From: Eledone cirrhosa
Taxonomy: Eukaryota
Direction of reading: 5' to 3'
Assembly (NCBI GenBank): GCA_964016885.1
Contig: OZ024749.1
Coordinates: forward strand, 45,508,001-45,572,000
Length of the DNA: 64,000 nucleotides
Part shown: positions 14,888 through 30,690 of the stretch, one piece after another
Position numbering within the stretch: position 1 is the first letter of the stretch
Layout of the letters: each line of letters begins with the position of its first letter
Notes under the pieces: generated by a model
What the model was told of the DNA's origin: nothing
Databases searched by the model: none
The model's input: only the letters and a program-made list of their open reading frames with translations
Position numbers and translations under genes: made by a program

Positions 14888-16186
14888 GGTTGAACAATGA
14901 AATCAATAAATATGTGTTTTAATGCTTTTATAATTCATTGTTCTACGTTCGTTTCAAAACGATGAATGAACCATATATTGACTAATCGGTAGCGTTTATG
15001 CCTCTCCTTACTAGTACCATCGATAAATTAGAACCATCTGTTTTCCTCGTTTGTATATCAATAACAATTAAATACCATTTACCCCCAGGTAATTATCTCA
15101 ATGTCCGTGCTATGCTCAACAAACACGACATTTGCATATCTTTTTTTATCGTTATCTTGACTAAACATCCAACCATATTGCTTGATAATACACCCAAATA
15201 TTCAATAATAGCTGGTATTATCCCTAACTCTCTGATAATCAGACTGCAAATCAGTTTGCCCCCTTAGATTTTCTCCCACCCCCTCGTCTAGTCTGGTGTC
15301 AAATGGGCTGGTAACATCTTTATTTCAGTCTTGTTGAACTAAACACATCTAACGAAGAATGTGTCCATTACAGCTTTTTTAACATCGTCCGCTAGTCCAT
15401 GGTGTCATTTAGCTGAGTTTATCTGTTGCAAGCTGTCCATTTATGATAATTTCATATTTTCTTCTTTCATAGGGTAGGGAGACTTTTCACAGTGTAATGT
15501 ACCCTGGTGCTGCCTCTCAGATAGACAGTAAAAAAAGCACACTGTCTTGGAAAATCTGAAAATATGTCAATCACTTTCGATAATTTATCAAACCAATGCT
15601 TCCTGTATAAATTCTAATGAACAACATTTTGTTTTCGGGGTAAGGAATCCATCAAATTCATTATGAGACAAATTAAAAATATTTTAAAAACAGAAAACTA
15701 GAGAAAAAGTAAATACATGTTGACATATCTACGTTTGTAGGTAGACAGAGACATATACACACGTATATGAAGCTATTCTAATTGAGTCGCTAAATCGTGT
15801 CATGGACTGTTTTTCACTTGAACTTGTCACTGCACTACGATGACCGTGTATTTCACCCACTCTTGCCATGTCTCTATCTATCACAATATCTATTTCTTTC
15901 TTTCTCCAATCTTCTCATTCTCAGTCGTTCATTTTCTCTCGTCTCATTATCACTCCCACTCTCCCACTCTCATATACGCTTGTACTGACACACACATTTA
16001 CCTTTCTATAATTGGGAGAATCAGCTACAAATGGTGCCAAGTTAAAGTATGTCTAAATAAATGTAAAGTTAAACAGAAAAAAAATTAAAGAATGTGACAT
16101 TCACACACAAACACGCACACACACACACATATGTATTCAATCACACACACACAAACACGCACGCACACACACACGTATGTATTCAG

Positions 16187-16244
<58 letters not shown>

Positions 16245-16296
16245 GCATTTAAACATAATAATAAGAAGCAGGAACGAAGTATCACTGTAACATCAT

Positions 16297-16476
16297 TTGG
16301 CAGTATCGGTAGAGGGTCGGACGCTATGCTTTCCAGCATAGTTACGTCCCTTTACGATCTGAGTTCAAATCCCTCCAGGGTTGTCTTTGCCTTTCATCCT
16401 TACGGGGTCGATAACATAAAGTACCAGTAATGCACTGGGTAACTGCTGGCCTTGTGCCTAAAGTAGAAACAATTAT
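16297..16476 (+). mobile_element. SINE family 1
   Basis: A-box TGGCAGTATCGG, B-box GAGTTCAAATCC, core ctttgcctttcatccttacggggtcgataa, tail gtagaaacaattat. Confidence 0.92.
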
Positions 16477-17834
16477 GTGTATTCATATAAAACGCACGTT
16501 TCGCGATCCATCACCTCAAGGTAGATTGGTATTTCTCGTTGCAAACCCATGGTCATTTGTGTTATTTATTCTCAGGTATACGCATTTCATCGCGTGTATT
16601 AGATATGTAAGTTTCAGATCATTCGCTTAAAGCTCCCATGGTAATGATAAGCGTATATATCTTCTGTTCATAAACATATGTATTAATGTATATATAACGT
16701 TCAGAGAAACAGAAGAGCCATAAACTATACTCCTACAGAGCAGGTCGATGCATTTTAATACTAGACGGTCCATTCTTGTATATCTAGAAATAAACATTGT
16801 GAAAACAAGCTTAAAACATGAAGACCAGCATGAACTTCATATTGTAACAACAGATAAAGAAAATAAAACGAGCAATGCAAAACCAAAACGGTAATCCCTC
16901 ATACGTGTGTCTCAATTCGCTATCATTCCTGTTATATCAACCTATTAATTTCAGCAACATAGAAACTACTTTCATAGTATACAAACAGAGCCATCACGAT
17001 AGTCATAGTGATCATCAGTATATTCGATATCATCTACATAACCAATGTTATCCAACGTACTACATTTTCCAAATAGAATTACCTACATTCACCTACTCAT
17101 CATGATAACCATCATAACCAATATCAGTATGTTCATTACCAACAAAAACAAGGATATCAGCACCACATTATCCAATACAATTACCAATCACCACTACCAA
17201 CGCCACTACCACCAGCACCACAACGTTCACCAGCTCAATAACTGAAACAACAACTAATACCTACGCCATCTCCTAGCCCAGCCAGCATCGATTCAATCAA
17301 TGTTGTCAGAATCATCAGCCCAGCAACCACACCAGACAAAATCTCCAACAACCCTACAGTATATACCACCAATCCGTCTTCCGATAAGACATTAATCCAG
17401 CGATTTACACTGGAAATCCTACATACTATATACAATGAGACAATATTTGGTGTAGTAATAATAACAGCGCTCACCAAGATATATTGGTGGTGTCGGTGAA
17501 AGTTGTCAGCCCTGCTTACTGGCGCTTCTACTACTGACGCTGGTGTTGGTGGTATATGTTGGTATTAGAGACGACGTTCATATCGACAGTTGTACTGGTG
17601 GAAAGATAGATGTGAATAAGTGTGGGGTTGGACAGTTGGTGGGTTGATTTGTTAGTTGGCAGCGATGTGCATCTGCTTTACGTATTCCTGTCAGCATATC
17701 ACATCATCATCCATGTGATAATCCGCTTAAGGTAGCTAATCCCCTTCGCCGGAATATATGTAATATAATCCGCTTGTTGAATTGTTTTCAATATCAATAT
17801 GATTCGATCTTTTGTTACTGTTGTACATACATGG

Positions 17835-17878
<44 letters not shown>

Positions 17879-17912
17879 ATACATAAGCTTATCTCCTACG
17901 CTACACTAGTGG

Positions 17913-18021
<109 letters not shown>

Positions 18022-18024
18022 ATG

Positions 18025-18093
<69 letters not shown>

Positions 18094-18174
18094 GTATATA
18101 TATGTATATATATATCAATTTATATGTATATATATATGTATATATATACATTTATATATATTTATATATCTATG

Positions 18175-18365
<191 letters not shown>

Positions 18366-18390
18366 GTCTCGCTCTATCTCCCTCTCTGTC

Positions 18391-18472
<82 letters not shown>

Positions 18473-18489
18473 TATATGTCTCTCTCTCT

Positions 18490-18558
<69 letters not shown>

Positions 18559-19055
18559 CATTTAGGTATATATATAAATACATATATATATATGTATACA
18601 TATATCATACATATATCATACATATATACATATAGATATACATATATATTTACTGGTGTGTCTAATATGCATTAAAGTTGTCTTTAATAAAGACAGCTAA
18701 TGATTTGTGAAGTATAATTTGCGGTTAGTTTTTCTTTTAATTTTGATTGCATATTTTCGGGTTCGAAATAATGATATAATGAAATGCTAATAATTATGGT
18801 TATAATTTTTCACGAAATATCTCAAACAGTGGATATTATCAACATTTTTAGGAAAAAATAAAACCACAATCTCGAGAAAAAATATCAGATAATGAGTAAA
18901 ATATACACGCCGCAAAAATTTATTTGAACGAAACTTTTTTCGTGTTTGAAAATGTATGAGTATATTATTAATTTGCAACCCATCTTTTTTATGATGTATT
19001 CCACTATTTTACTACTGCTCTCTCTATCTCCTCCCTTTCTCTCTCCTCTTTTCTG

Positions 19056-19086
<31 letters not shown>

Positions 19087-19127
19087 CTATCTATATATTT
19101 ATATATCTATCTATCTATATATATATA

Positions 19128-19163
<36 letters not shown>

Positions 19164-19778
19164 ATATGTATGATTCTATCTATCAATCTATCCCTTACCC
19201 TCTTTCATACACATTCACTCTCTCTCGCCCACTTTCACTCCCTCTCTCCCTCCCTATCTTTCCCTGTTTCTCACCCCCTCCCTCTCTACATGTCTATTAA
19301 TATATTTATCTATCTCTATCTCGCCCTCTTTCACACACATTCTCTATTTCTCTCTCTCTCTCTCTCACTCTATATATGTATCAATCTATCTATCTATCTA
19401 TAAATCTATCTATCTATCTCTATCTCACCCTCTTTCACACACATTCTGTATCTTTTTCTCTCCCATTCTACACAGAAACAATAACTTAACACCACCACCA
19501 ACAACCACAAAAACAAATCCAAAATGACCGCATAGAACATAACACACAATTTCATTTATTTTGTCTTTTACAGTAATAAGATGCATCCTGAGTGATTTCA
19601 AGAGAGTAAGTAATCTAGAATTAACGTTTATTGGCAGCCATGTTTTGTTTTCGCCTCTTATTGTGTTTGTTTTGTTTTTTTAAATACATTTTTTTTAGAG
19701 AATTCTTTAATTCTATATCTTCTTTTTTCTATTTTATTTCGTGTATTCTAGTATTTCTAAGAAATACCCTTTCTGCTT

Positions 19779-19814
<36 letters not shown>

Positions 19815-20637
19815 AAGCAGAAATATATGTATATGTATATATATCTATATTTATAATCATTATTATTATTGTTACTATGATTATTATTCGCAGCGTAGAA
19901 ATAGCCTCGTCAACAGACATTTTAAGTAAATCCTTAAAACAAATGGCAATTAGCATCTATTCATAACAGGAGGAAAAAAATAATAAAACGAAACAAAATG
20001 AGAAGAGCCTTAAGGCATTTCCATCTTTAAATCAGTTTTCGAAGCTGAGATACGTTTGCCACAGCGCTTCTGATGTAAGTGCCTTTTCTTAATTACAAGA
20101 AGACTACATATATATATTTGTCCGCCAGGCTAGTGGAGCTGATGAATTCAATAATTACAAAGCATGTAAGTTTTTCTGTGGTTTTGCCTAATAACTCATT
20201 TACCAAACTAGCTATCTGCATTCCAACATCACACGACTAAACCAAAATCAGACCGCAGACTAAAACCAATTCCATCCTCCCTCATTAATATTTGCGTTAT
20301 ATTGTTAGTCATATTTTTTTTTTCGATTACGTTTCTGTTTTCTCTTGTTTTTACATGGGTATATTTTTTCTCGCTACAATTTTGCGGCGTAGCTAATATA
20401 TTAAGATGTTTTTTTTTTGTTATATATGTTTTCATCCATGATACAATTTTATGTGTACATGCGTTTGACATCATATATTTCCTCATTTCTCTTTCTCCTT
20501 TTCTTACATCGGAAAAAGAAGAGAGTACATCCATTTTAATTTGTGTGATCAAATCTGATTGATGAAGGTTAAATTAATGTCATATGATAAGATTAAATAC
20601 TTATAAACGAAATTACGGTTATTACACATACACACAG

Positions 20638-20731
<94 letters not shown>

Positions 20732-20767
20732 CTTATATATATGTGTATATATATATACATATGTACT

Positions 20768-20911
<144 letters not shown>

Positions 20912-21558
20912 CTATTTAACAAAATATAAGGAGGGAAAACGCGTGCCTCATCGGAAATGTGATAATATTGACAATAAGAAAATAGAAATAATAAACTCCA
21001 TGCTCCTCGGTCGTGGATATGGACACAACTCGTACCGTTTTTCTTGATCTTCGTTTGTTAAGTTGCTTATTCTATCGAGTCAAATCTCCTTTCCCTTCAC
21101 GTAACTAGGTCGATTACGTATTTTTCTTTGTGTACTGTATAACATAAATATCGTACGTCTATTTCTGCGTACGTTAGTTACTTTAATTTTGTATTACCAC
21201 TGTTGTTTTACCAGGTTATAAAGTTTTTGACGTCGTCATCCATGCTGACATTATTGTTAAAGTAATAGAACACAGTCACCTTATGATTCTGGTGAAAGTT
21301 TTATGCTACTGAAAATGTTTAACCTCTTGTACATGTAGTTGAAATCAGTAATGTCAAACGGCGAGTGGCTAGTGACATATAGTCGTATTTCGTTGAGTTA
21401 TATATCTTCATAGGAGGGCGTATTGTTGTGTATTTACTACAGCAATATGTTACAAGTAAAGACGGCCATTATTTTGGTGCAAATAAATAGAAAACATTGT
21501 TATACGAATAATTATTTTTGTTTTATTGTATTTCCTTTCGTATAATATAGAGAGTGAG

Positions 21559-21679
<121 letters not shown>

Positions 21680-22168
21680 GTGAAAAAAAAATCAATATAT
21701 TTATACAAATTAACCACTATTATGACAAACAATTAAGAGTGGCAATATTGAGAAGGGTTGCGGTTGGTATCATATTTTACGCTCACCATGTCAGAGAAGT
21801 TACTTCTGTTAAAATATTTACTTTTATTATAATTTCTAATTTTGCTTCTAGGAGATCCTTCTGATACCGGCTAAATATTCTTGAACCATTTATATATAGG
21901 ATCGAAAGAATTCTTGGCATTTTAAATTATAAGACTGAATCATATATATATATATATATACAAATATGTATATAACCATTTGTGCCTTTTTGTATGCGTA
22001 TTTATAAGCACACGCACATATATAAGCACATACATATAGCTATGTAACTTTATTAAGCCCACGGATGTAGGTTCTATGTAATATATGAATAATATATCAC
22101 ACATAGCTATATACCTAAATCTTGGGATATTGTTTTGTAAATGATCTATGTTACCCCTAATGATTCAT

Positions 22169-22390
22169 GGAAGCACGTGGCCTAGTGGTAAGGGTGTTGG
22201 ACCTATGACCATAAAGTTGTGGGTTCAAATCCTGAACTGGGTTGTGTGTTGGGTTTTCGAGCAAAACACTTCATTTCATGTTGCTCCAGTGTACTCAACT
22301 GAAAATGAGTTCCAGAAATAGCTGGGAGTTTACCCTGTCTATCGTCCAGTCCATGGGAGCATTGCATTCTCAGTCGCTTAATGCCATGGA
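22169..22390 (+). mobile_element. tRNA-derived SINE family 2
   Basis: A-box TGGCCTAGTGG, B-box GGTTCAAATCC, central gagcaaaacacttcatttcatgttgctccag; related to the copy at 56575-56701. Confidence 0.8.
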
Positions 22391-24000
22391 AATACTTTAG
22401 AATTTAGACTTTAGATCCCTATTGCTACCAACACACCGATGAATCAACAAATTTTACAGTAGAATTTTGTTTCTTATAAAGTGCTCATATTTATCTGAAA
22501 ACCATCTTTGTTATAAATGTAAGAATATACTATAACAATAAAACAAATGACATAGTTATAATAATAAAACACTCAACATTTCAGTATACGAATATATATG
22601 TGAAGCAAGTTTGAAGTACATCTCATTAGAAATATGTTAGCAACAGTGATGTGTACAAGAAGTGAGGCATATATTTAAACCACACCTGTGACTATATCTC
22701 TGTAAACCTTTAAGTAACTAATTAAATACGTGAAGCTATGGCATAGCTAATAGGTTAACATAGATAGTAAGTGATTTATACTGCCAGGAAAATGGCTGGG
22801 AGCAATTTATTTCATCTAGCAACTAGACACATACGTACTCATAATATACAAAATCGTGGGAATAATTTTAATCTAAAAAAAAAAAAAAGGCGCAGCACAT
22901 TTCGGATATTCATAGTGTCGTTATATGAGTTAAAAATAGCAAATACCTCTCTGACTTTTACCCTACTATTCCTTTATAAATATATATACATATACATAGG
23001 ATGTAAGACATAACAACACGCTTCCGTCCTAATATATATATAGTGTGTCGTTATCCCTTACTCTTTTTTCAGACAGTGTTTCCTACAAATACATAAAATG
23101 TTTACCTCCCCCAGAGTAGAAGTAATCGTTGTTGCCTTGTCGAGTAACTGGCTTACTGACACCGGATGTCCAACGGGGTTCTGTCTTAGCCAGAGGCCTG
23201 TCACATGAGCTATAACACATTTGTCTTCTACTTCATCACACTGGATTTAGCACTTTGAATAATATAATTTTCTCTGTCCGACTGGAAGTATAGAGGTAAA
23301 CTTACCCTACCTTCTTCCAAGATTATAATTTTCTTTCCTTATCTCTCTCTATGTATCTCTCCAACTTCAGCTTCCTCCCTCTTTTTATTCGTGCTGCGGT
23401 CACGAACTTATAATCTAACTGGCGTACTTTATTTCATTCGCTTCTCTTCTTGTTTTGTATTACTTTTTTCTGACTGGCTCATCTTCCCCGTCTTTTACCT
23501 GTTATTTTGGTATCTACCAATTAATATTCAAATACACTAAATTGGGATAATTTAAAATTCACAAAATAAATACAATCTTACTACCTGTGTAAGAGGGTAT
23601 AGTTAACCTAATCTTCCTATGTATTTGACGAGTATTTCTCCGCCGTATATTGATGTAAGCTAAATATGCTCTCTGCGAGATTTAATCTCTATGTAAAGGG
23701 TCATAACGTAGAAACGGAAGTTATTTTGAATAAAATATAATTCTATCTATTCTGCTTATTCACCGTCTTTTTTTTTTCAGATAATCAGAAAGAGTGAATA
23801 GCGAGAATAATACAAGTACATTGAACATATTTCTAAATAAAACAAATATACAAACCAGATGATATTGTTAAAGTGTGTGTATGTTGACATTTTACATGAA
23901 CATTGAGCGTCCACCCATAAAGATTTAAAACATATTTACATTCCGCATATTGAAATATGCTTTATCATCTGTTATTTTTTTAACGCACGAAAACAAACAA

Positions 24001-24035
<35 letters not shown>

Positions 24036-24092
24036 AATGTGCCTGCGTATTTGCTATAATTATATATATATATATATATATATAATGTAGGA

Positions 24093-24093
<1 letters not shown>

Positions 24094-24163
<70 letters not shown>

Positions 24164-24170
24164 TTACTAG
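24094..24170. repeat. (TAC)n microsatellite
   Basis: Direct. Confidence 0.97.
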
Positions 24171-24610
24171 AGATCTTTTACAATAAAGTAAACTGACCAC
24201 CAACACAAATAACCAACAGAACGAACATCTAACATTCTTGTCACCATCACTTCAACTATTGTATATATGTCAGTCAGATATTAGGAATTCTAACTACAAG
24301 GTCGTAAGATTCACGATATATTACAGCGTGTTAAATTGAGTCGTGTCATGCACTTCTACAGATAAAAATCTGGAAAAAAGGACAGTCAATTATGCAAAAA
24401 ATAATATATATAGTCACATATATAGAAGGATGGGTGTCATACGCTCAATCTTGACCTCAATACATACGGATATAAATACACAGCCAAACACACACACACT
24501 CACACACACACATATATATATATAAATATATACATTTGTGTGGGTGTGTATATATATAAATACATATACATATATACATTTGTGTGTGTGTGTTTATATA
24601 TATATATATA

Positions 24611-24753
24611 TAGTCCAGAATTAGCCGTCGAAACGCCTTGAGCTCAGCCGTCGGGGTCCTACTCGTTCCTATTACCCACTCCACTCTACTACCCTAAGTA
24701 TTGAGTACTTTGGTGCGTTATGGTCCATCTGGTTCCTTACCACATTTCCTTCG

Positions 24754-24755
<2 letters not shown>
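24611..24755 (+). mobile_element. PLE-like family E carrying the 3' half of an HHR
   Basis: tagccgtc-GAAA-cgcct tgagctc agcc-GTC-ggggtcc; 5'-truncated within helix II; (TA)n on both sides. Confidence 0.8.
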
Positions 24756-24824
<69 letters not shown>

Positions 24825-24975
24825 AGTGTATACTCTACTAACACAAGTATCGAGTAATCTGTTTAGTAATGGTCTAATTATTTTCAAACTAGTTCAAACC
24901 TGAGTTATGTATATATATTTTTAAACACACGCACACACACACACACACACACTCACCCACACATACACCCCCCCC

Positions 24976-25028
<53 letters not shown>

Positions 25029-25927
25029 TCAAACCTATAATTAGACACTTCTTTATTTCCAGCCACGTTATGAGCTAACTGAATGAACTTGACAAGTCCA
25101 CTTTTAAATTAGAATTCATTTGCGTATATGCTGCCCCAGTCAAACTCATTTATTCTTTTTACCAGTATTTCATATTTCGTCTGTATGTCATCAGACGTCC
25201 AGAGACTCCCGACCTTCATTGTAAATAACGCGTTCTTACGTATGTTGTAATTCCTTATTGAAATATGCATCAATAATATTTACGAAGCCAGAGGATCGGT
25301 GTTGCTATATTTGAATCCATTTTCTATGCTCCTTTTCAAATTGCATGTAGCCTACCATTTATGTGGGTTTGGCTGCTAATGTTTCAATTCAAGCGAACTC
25401 GTAACGCTTCCATCGATGTATATTATTTTCATTTGCTGTTCCCTACCACCGAAATATGGTATTTATGTCTCTCTGAAAATTTGAGTAGTGAATATCATTG
25501 GCACTGATCTAATTGCTGTGAGTGGATGATACACATAGTCGCTAACGCTGTTTGCTTAAAGTCTGTCTTCCATTCGGGTTTTAGGACATATAATCAAATT
25601 TATTGATATATTATAATATGATTTAATGTTTTATTTGAAATGAATCACCATGGAGCTTCATTAAAATCATTTATGTTAATTCAATTCAGAAATACAAATG
25701 GATTTCTTTCTTACTCTTCCATTAGTGATTTCGTCGTCTACATTTATCTATACTTTAGATTTGATTCATTACGGACATAATCTAATTCACAATTTTGTAT
25801 CGAATAAAGAAAATATTGTCTATTAAACAAAATATTCGAGTAGTATTAGTAATCAGCTCAAATCAAGTGCACGTGTAGTAGGATATATATTTGTCCAGCA
25901 GGTCATTGTGAAATACTTTAAGCCGTG

Positions 25928-25976
<49 letters not shown>

Positions 25977-25979
<3 letters not shown>

Positions 25980-26200
25980 CGACAGTTTTCCAACATGAAT
26001 GGACCTGTTACTTTTATCTAAAGACATTTTTTCCAAATCCATCCCGTCCGTCTCCTCAATCTATCTTATTTCTCATTTCTTCTGATGAAGTACTAGCGTC
26101 CGAAACGTCAAGACCCTCTTCCTGCTATTTCAAGCGTTCACCTAATATATTCCTTCCATATACTGTACCGATTGTGTAGTTATCTATGTTTACCTTTTAC
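25977..26200 (+). mobile_element. PLE-like family B
   Basis: Homologous to 10248-10468; flanked by (TA)n. Confidence 0.8.
26078..26113 (+). ncRNA. Minimal type I hammerhead ribozyme (family B)
   Basis: tctt-CTGATGA-a-gtac tagc gtcc-GAAA-C-GTC-aaga; one helix II mismatch that is intact in the 10348 copy. Confidence 0.82.
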
Positions 26201-26201
26201 A

Positions 26202-26289
<88 letters not shown>

Positions 26290-26871
26290 TATATAGATAT
26301 AGATATTTATATATAGGCAAGGTGGTTTTCCTCAAATTGTCTCTGTCGCTATGGTCGCTATTTATAGTGAAATATTTCTATTTACTAATCGACCTACCAA
26401 TAGGGCAAACAATCACAAGACATGTACATGTGTAAAAACAATACAAAACGTATGTAAAGAGGAAAAAATGTAACATACATAGAAATAAAATAAACTTAAA
26501 AGACAAGGCAAATGGACTTTTCGTTCTACATCCATCATGCCCACTGGGAGTTCTGTGATATTTTAAGACATATCTGCCTGTCTCTTCGTATTGTCACCTG
26601 TCTGTTGGTTTATTTAATCGTTAAAAAAAAACACAAACCTTAAGTTAGCTGGCCTGTGACATAAGATCACTGTTAACTGAGCGTACTTGTTCACCGAGCC
26701 AATTCTGCCCAGTAGCAGGGACATAAACTCCGAATTTAGGAGACACACATATTAAGACTAAAATAAAGATAGACACGAGAAGAAAAGTATGCAAGAATAC
26801 ACTTCTCTACTTACTTAACAGTTTGTGTGTTTGCTTGTTTATGCGTGTCTACATGCACTGAAAATATGTGG

Positions 26872-26917
<46 letters not shown>

Positions 26918-26931
26918 ATGTGTATATATAT

Positions 26932-27011
<80 letters not shown>

Positions 27012-27059
27012 GCACTCGCATATGTATCTACAAATATATATATATGTATATATGTATAC

Positions 27060-27107
<48 letters not shown>

Positions 27108-27108
<1 letters not shown>

Positions 27109-27313
27109 TTTCGTTTCTGAATTTGTTTAGCAAGGTTCTTTATCTGAAAACGTGTGTTGAAACCGATATTGTTATGCTTTGGGAGGGTCATGTTGCCAAT
27201 AAGAAACACACGCACCAATTGCTTTCACTTAAATTAAATTTATAATAAATTGTAGTGAAAGCAACGGGTGCGTGTGTTTCCTATTGGCAACATGACCCCC
27301 ACCCCCAAAGCAT

Positions 27314-27321
<8 letters not shown>
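27108..27321. mobile_element. Fold-back element, family D (arms 27166-27229 / 27254-27321)
   Basis: Imperfect inverted repeat; GAAAccgatattgtta resembles an HHR 3' half; related pieces at 44518-44582 and 63120-63256. Confidence 0.7.
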
Positions 27322-27363
<42 letters not shown>

Positions 27364-27955
27364 TCGCATATATATCTACAAATACACATACATGGTCCAA
27401 CTTCTGTTGTACTGAAGAGAGTTATTCTTTGTGAATGTTTTAATGTAGAGCTGAAAGACTTGCATGGAATATATACATATGTGTGTGTGTGTGGAGGGAG
27501 GGGGGTTATGAATTGGAAGTCGAGGAACTTGTCCAACTATGCTCACGTTATTATATCGAAACATATGGTAAGAGGTTATCTTACGAATTTAAGTTATATA
27601 AACATCAACGGATAGACCGTTCATTGTAAGGAGCACAGGGTGCAGTGAGGACTTTAACATGTATGAAAAAGTAATAATTTAAATATACTCCATCGTTTAA
27701 AATATGGGTGTAAAATGAACATTTTAGTGCATGAGAACGTAAATAATTTGTCCAAAATTACAAACAGGATTGGAAAAGAAAATAATATGCGTTACTAGAA
27801 ATAACGTTAAATGGATTTCGTTGTCACTTGAAGCTTCCATAATTTCCCTGGCTGACGACCCAAATGTTTATTGAAAACTCTTAATGTTATGAACATTTAA
27901 TCGTAAAATTTCAAGTTAGCCAGCAGAAAAAAAATACCTACTAACCACTATATGC

Positions 27956-27989
<34 letters not shown>

Positions 27990-28070
27990 CTGTATGTGTG
28001 TGTGTGTGTGTATGTGTGTGTGTGTGTGTATAGTTATATGTATATATATATATATATGTATATATATATG

Positions 28071-28139
<69 letters not shown>

Positions 28140-28143
<4 letters not shown>

Positions 28144-28203
28144 AGACCCATGCTAGCGTGGAAAATGGACGTTAAACAATGATGATGATGATGATGATGA
28201 TGA
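28140..28203 (+). mobile_element. 3'-terminal stub of an RTE-type LINE/SINE with (TGA)n tail
   Basis: gtccagacccatgctagcgtggaaaatggacgttaaacaa followed by (tga)n, inside (TA)n; recognised from memory as an RTE-type 3' end. Confidence 0.6.
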
Positions 28204-28224
28204 TATATATATATATATATATAT

Positions 28225-28411
28225 ATAGGAACCAGTAAGACCCCGACAGCTGAGCTCAAGCCGTTTCGACGGCTAATTCTGAATTAGCCGTCGAAACGGC
28301 TTGAGCTCAGCTGTCGGGGTCTTACTGGTTCCTATTACCCACTCTACTACCTCAAGTATTGAGTACTTTGGTGCGTTATGGTCCACCTGGTTCCTTACCA
28401 CATTTCCTTCG

Positions 28412-28413
<2 letters not shown>
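28225..28413. mobile_element. PLE-like family E fold-back insertion
   Basis: Perfect 55-bp arms 28225-28279 / 28281-28335 with a 1-nt spacer; the plus arm continues to the family 3' end. Confidence 0.88.
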
Positions 28414-28472
<59 letters not shown>

Positions 28473-29024
28473 TATATATATATATTTAGACACACATATA
28501 TATTTATATATATGTAGAGGCATGCATAATATACATGGTAATATACGAGTAATGGAATATATTTCCCTAAAACGAAAAACACCACAGAATATATCTTTGG
28601 TCTTGTGGCAGTTGATATTTTTCCAAGTTGAAAATAAATATATATATATATGAACTTATGTTTAATTCATACCTCTACTAACATTATACTGTCATCGATT
28701 CTTGGCTCTGTATTCTAAAAGTCGTGTTAAATGGTTACTGTCAGCCACATATTAAGACCGTCTTCTGGCCAAATTTCAAACAGTCTACTAGAAAAACAAA
28801 ACGACAAAACAAAAACAAAATATTAAGTTTCATTTAATAACGCATTAGTGGAAAATAAAATAGGTTTAGCGAGAATCCGTGGTGACAGTATATTCCAATG
28901 ACAAAATATTTTTTGTTGTTATTGTTGCTCATGTTGCTATTACCGTTGTATTTTTGTTCTATTGTTTTTGTTTTTGTCTTTTTGAATCAATGTAAGAACT
29001 TAATCTGAGTTTTTCGAATATTAA

Positions 29025-29211
29025 ACAATTCTTTCTATTTTTGGCACAAGGCCAGCAATTACCCAGTGCATTACTAGTACTTTATTTTATCGACCGGTAA
29101 GGATGAAAGGCAAAGTTTACCTCGGCGGAATTTGAACTGAGAATGGCAAAGGCCGTAACTCTATGCGTCAAATCATGGCGTCCGACCCTCTACCGATACT
29201 GCCAAACCACC
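29025..29211 (-). mobile_element. SINE family 1
   Basis: Matches consensus; subfamily variant gaatggcaaaggccgtaactctatgcgtcaa is shared with 60688. Confidence 0.92.
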
Positions 29212-30264
29212 ATTCGATTTCTTTGTAATTATGCAAACAGCTTCGTTTAAGCCATGTCAGTAGAATGGGCCCCTCTTTCTTGCTCTTGTGTCGGCTTGTA
29301 AGTTATATAAGAAGTGATTTAATACAACATATTATCAAACTCTTCCAAGCATTATATCCCCATATTTATTCCAGATGATATATCTAGGACTGTGACATTC
29401 AGAAGTTTCCTTACCCTATATTTTCAAACAGTGGTCTTCAATTTGATGTGGATTTAACTGGTATTAGTTTGGATTTACATAGCTGCTCTTGATAACTGGT
29501 GAGAGTGTCGACCTATTTTTGTTGTTCCGGGATATGTCGAGATGGTATATTTTGAAGTGATAGACATTCAGGTTATCAGCCGACATTGGTCTTAAATTTT
29601 CAGGTGTTGTAGTTATTTCCTACTTGTGGTATAGGATTTCGGTTACCTTCTTGATAATTATCCTGTTGTTGTTGATAATAATTACCCCTGGGTAATAAGG
29701 TAATTGGGATTTTTTTTCCATTCTAAAACTATTAGTGTGTGATTTTGGGAATGTTCGGCTGATGAATATGCTGTTGGGGAGAAATGCTTTTATCCCTGAC
29801 GTTTTAGTATGTGGTCTAGTTGATTTTAATATATATGCCTCGGACTTATATCGATATTTTTTGTGCTTTTGATGTTAATATAATATATTTAACAACAAAA
29901 ATGTAATATCAAGTTTTGACAGGCTTCATTGAATTTATTATATATATTTTTTTCCATTTGTATGCGCAGAAGATTAATGTACTCGCTAATATATCTTAAA
30001 TAAATATTGTTCGGTTTTCGGTTTTCGTTCAGCAGTGTAGTATAATATAATGCAGTTAATTTAGGTGTAGTGTACATTTGCTCTTTGTTATAACCTTGTC
30101 ATAGTATAGCGATATATATCTTAATGTTGTTGTCAAGTTTCCTTTTAGTTTGGTGGAATTGTTATCTATAGAGTTGTTGATATTGTATGAATATATGTCT
30201 AATATGTAATTCTATGAGCGACACTTTTCCCATTCAAATTTTCAATATTTTATTTATATATATA

Positions 30265-30296
<32 letters not shown>

Positions 30297-30297
30297 C

Positions 30298-30569
30298 GAA
30301 ATAACAGGAGGCTGGACTGGTGTAAATCCTTGAAAGGTTTATTATACTATGATCATTTCAATGACCGGGTTCCATATGAATCCGGTGATATCATTAGATA
30401 TTGGAATATAACAAAGGAATATGTAAAAAGCCATGGGTCCGAAAAACGATGGGTCCGAGAAACCAGAGACAGAGAGGGCCACCGGATTCATATGGAACCC
30501 GGTCATTGAAATGATCATAGTATAATAAACCTTTCAAGGATTTACACCAGTCCAGCCTCCTGTTATTTC
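30298..30569. mobile_element. PLE-like fold-back (90-bp arms 30298-30387 / 30480-30569) with HHR-like motif at 30348-30400 (-)
   Basis: Minus strand reads tat-ctaatga-t-atcaccgg..ccggtcat-t-GAAA-tg-ATC-ata-gtatAATAAA. Confidence 0.8.
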
Positions 30570-30690
30570 ATTTATAATTAACTCCGTATTCGCACCACCA
30601 ACTACACAAACGAAGATGGGTGAACTGCACTGCTTTGAGTACTCTTCACAATATTACACTAGGATTGACCATACGGAATGACCATACGGA

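Noticed and set aside
25149-25197. Minus-strand CTGATGA...GAAA...GGTA...AATAAA
   Set aside because: No helix I and a weak helix II; cannot be supported.
29240-30240. Strand-biased segment suggestive of a decayed PLE/LINE ORF (also 14990-15420 and 20920-21250)
   Set aside because: Many stops and no recognisable RT or GIY-YIG motif by eye; needs tBLASTx or HMM search.
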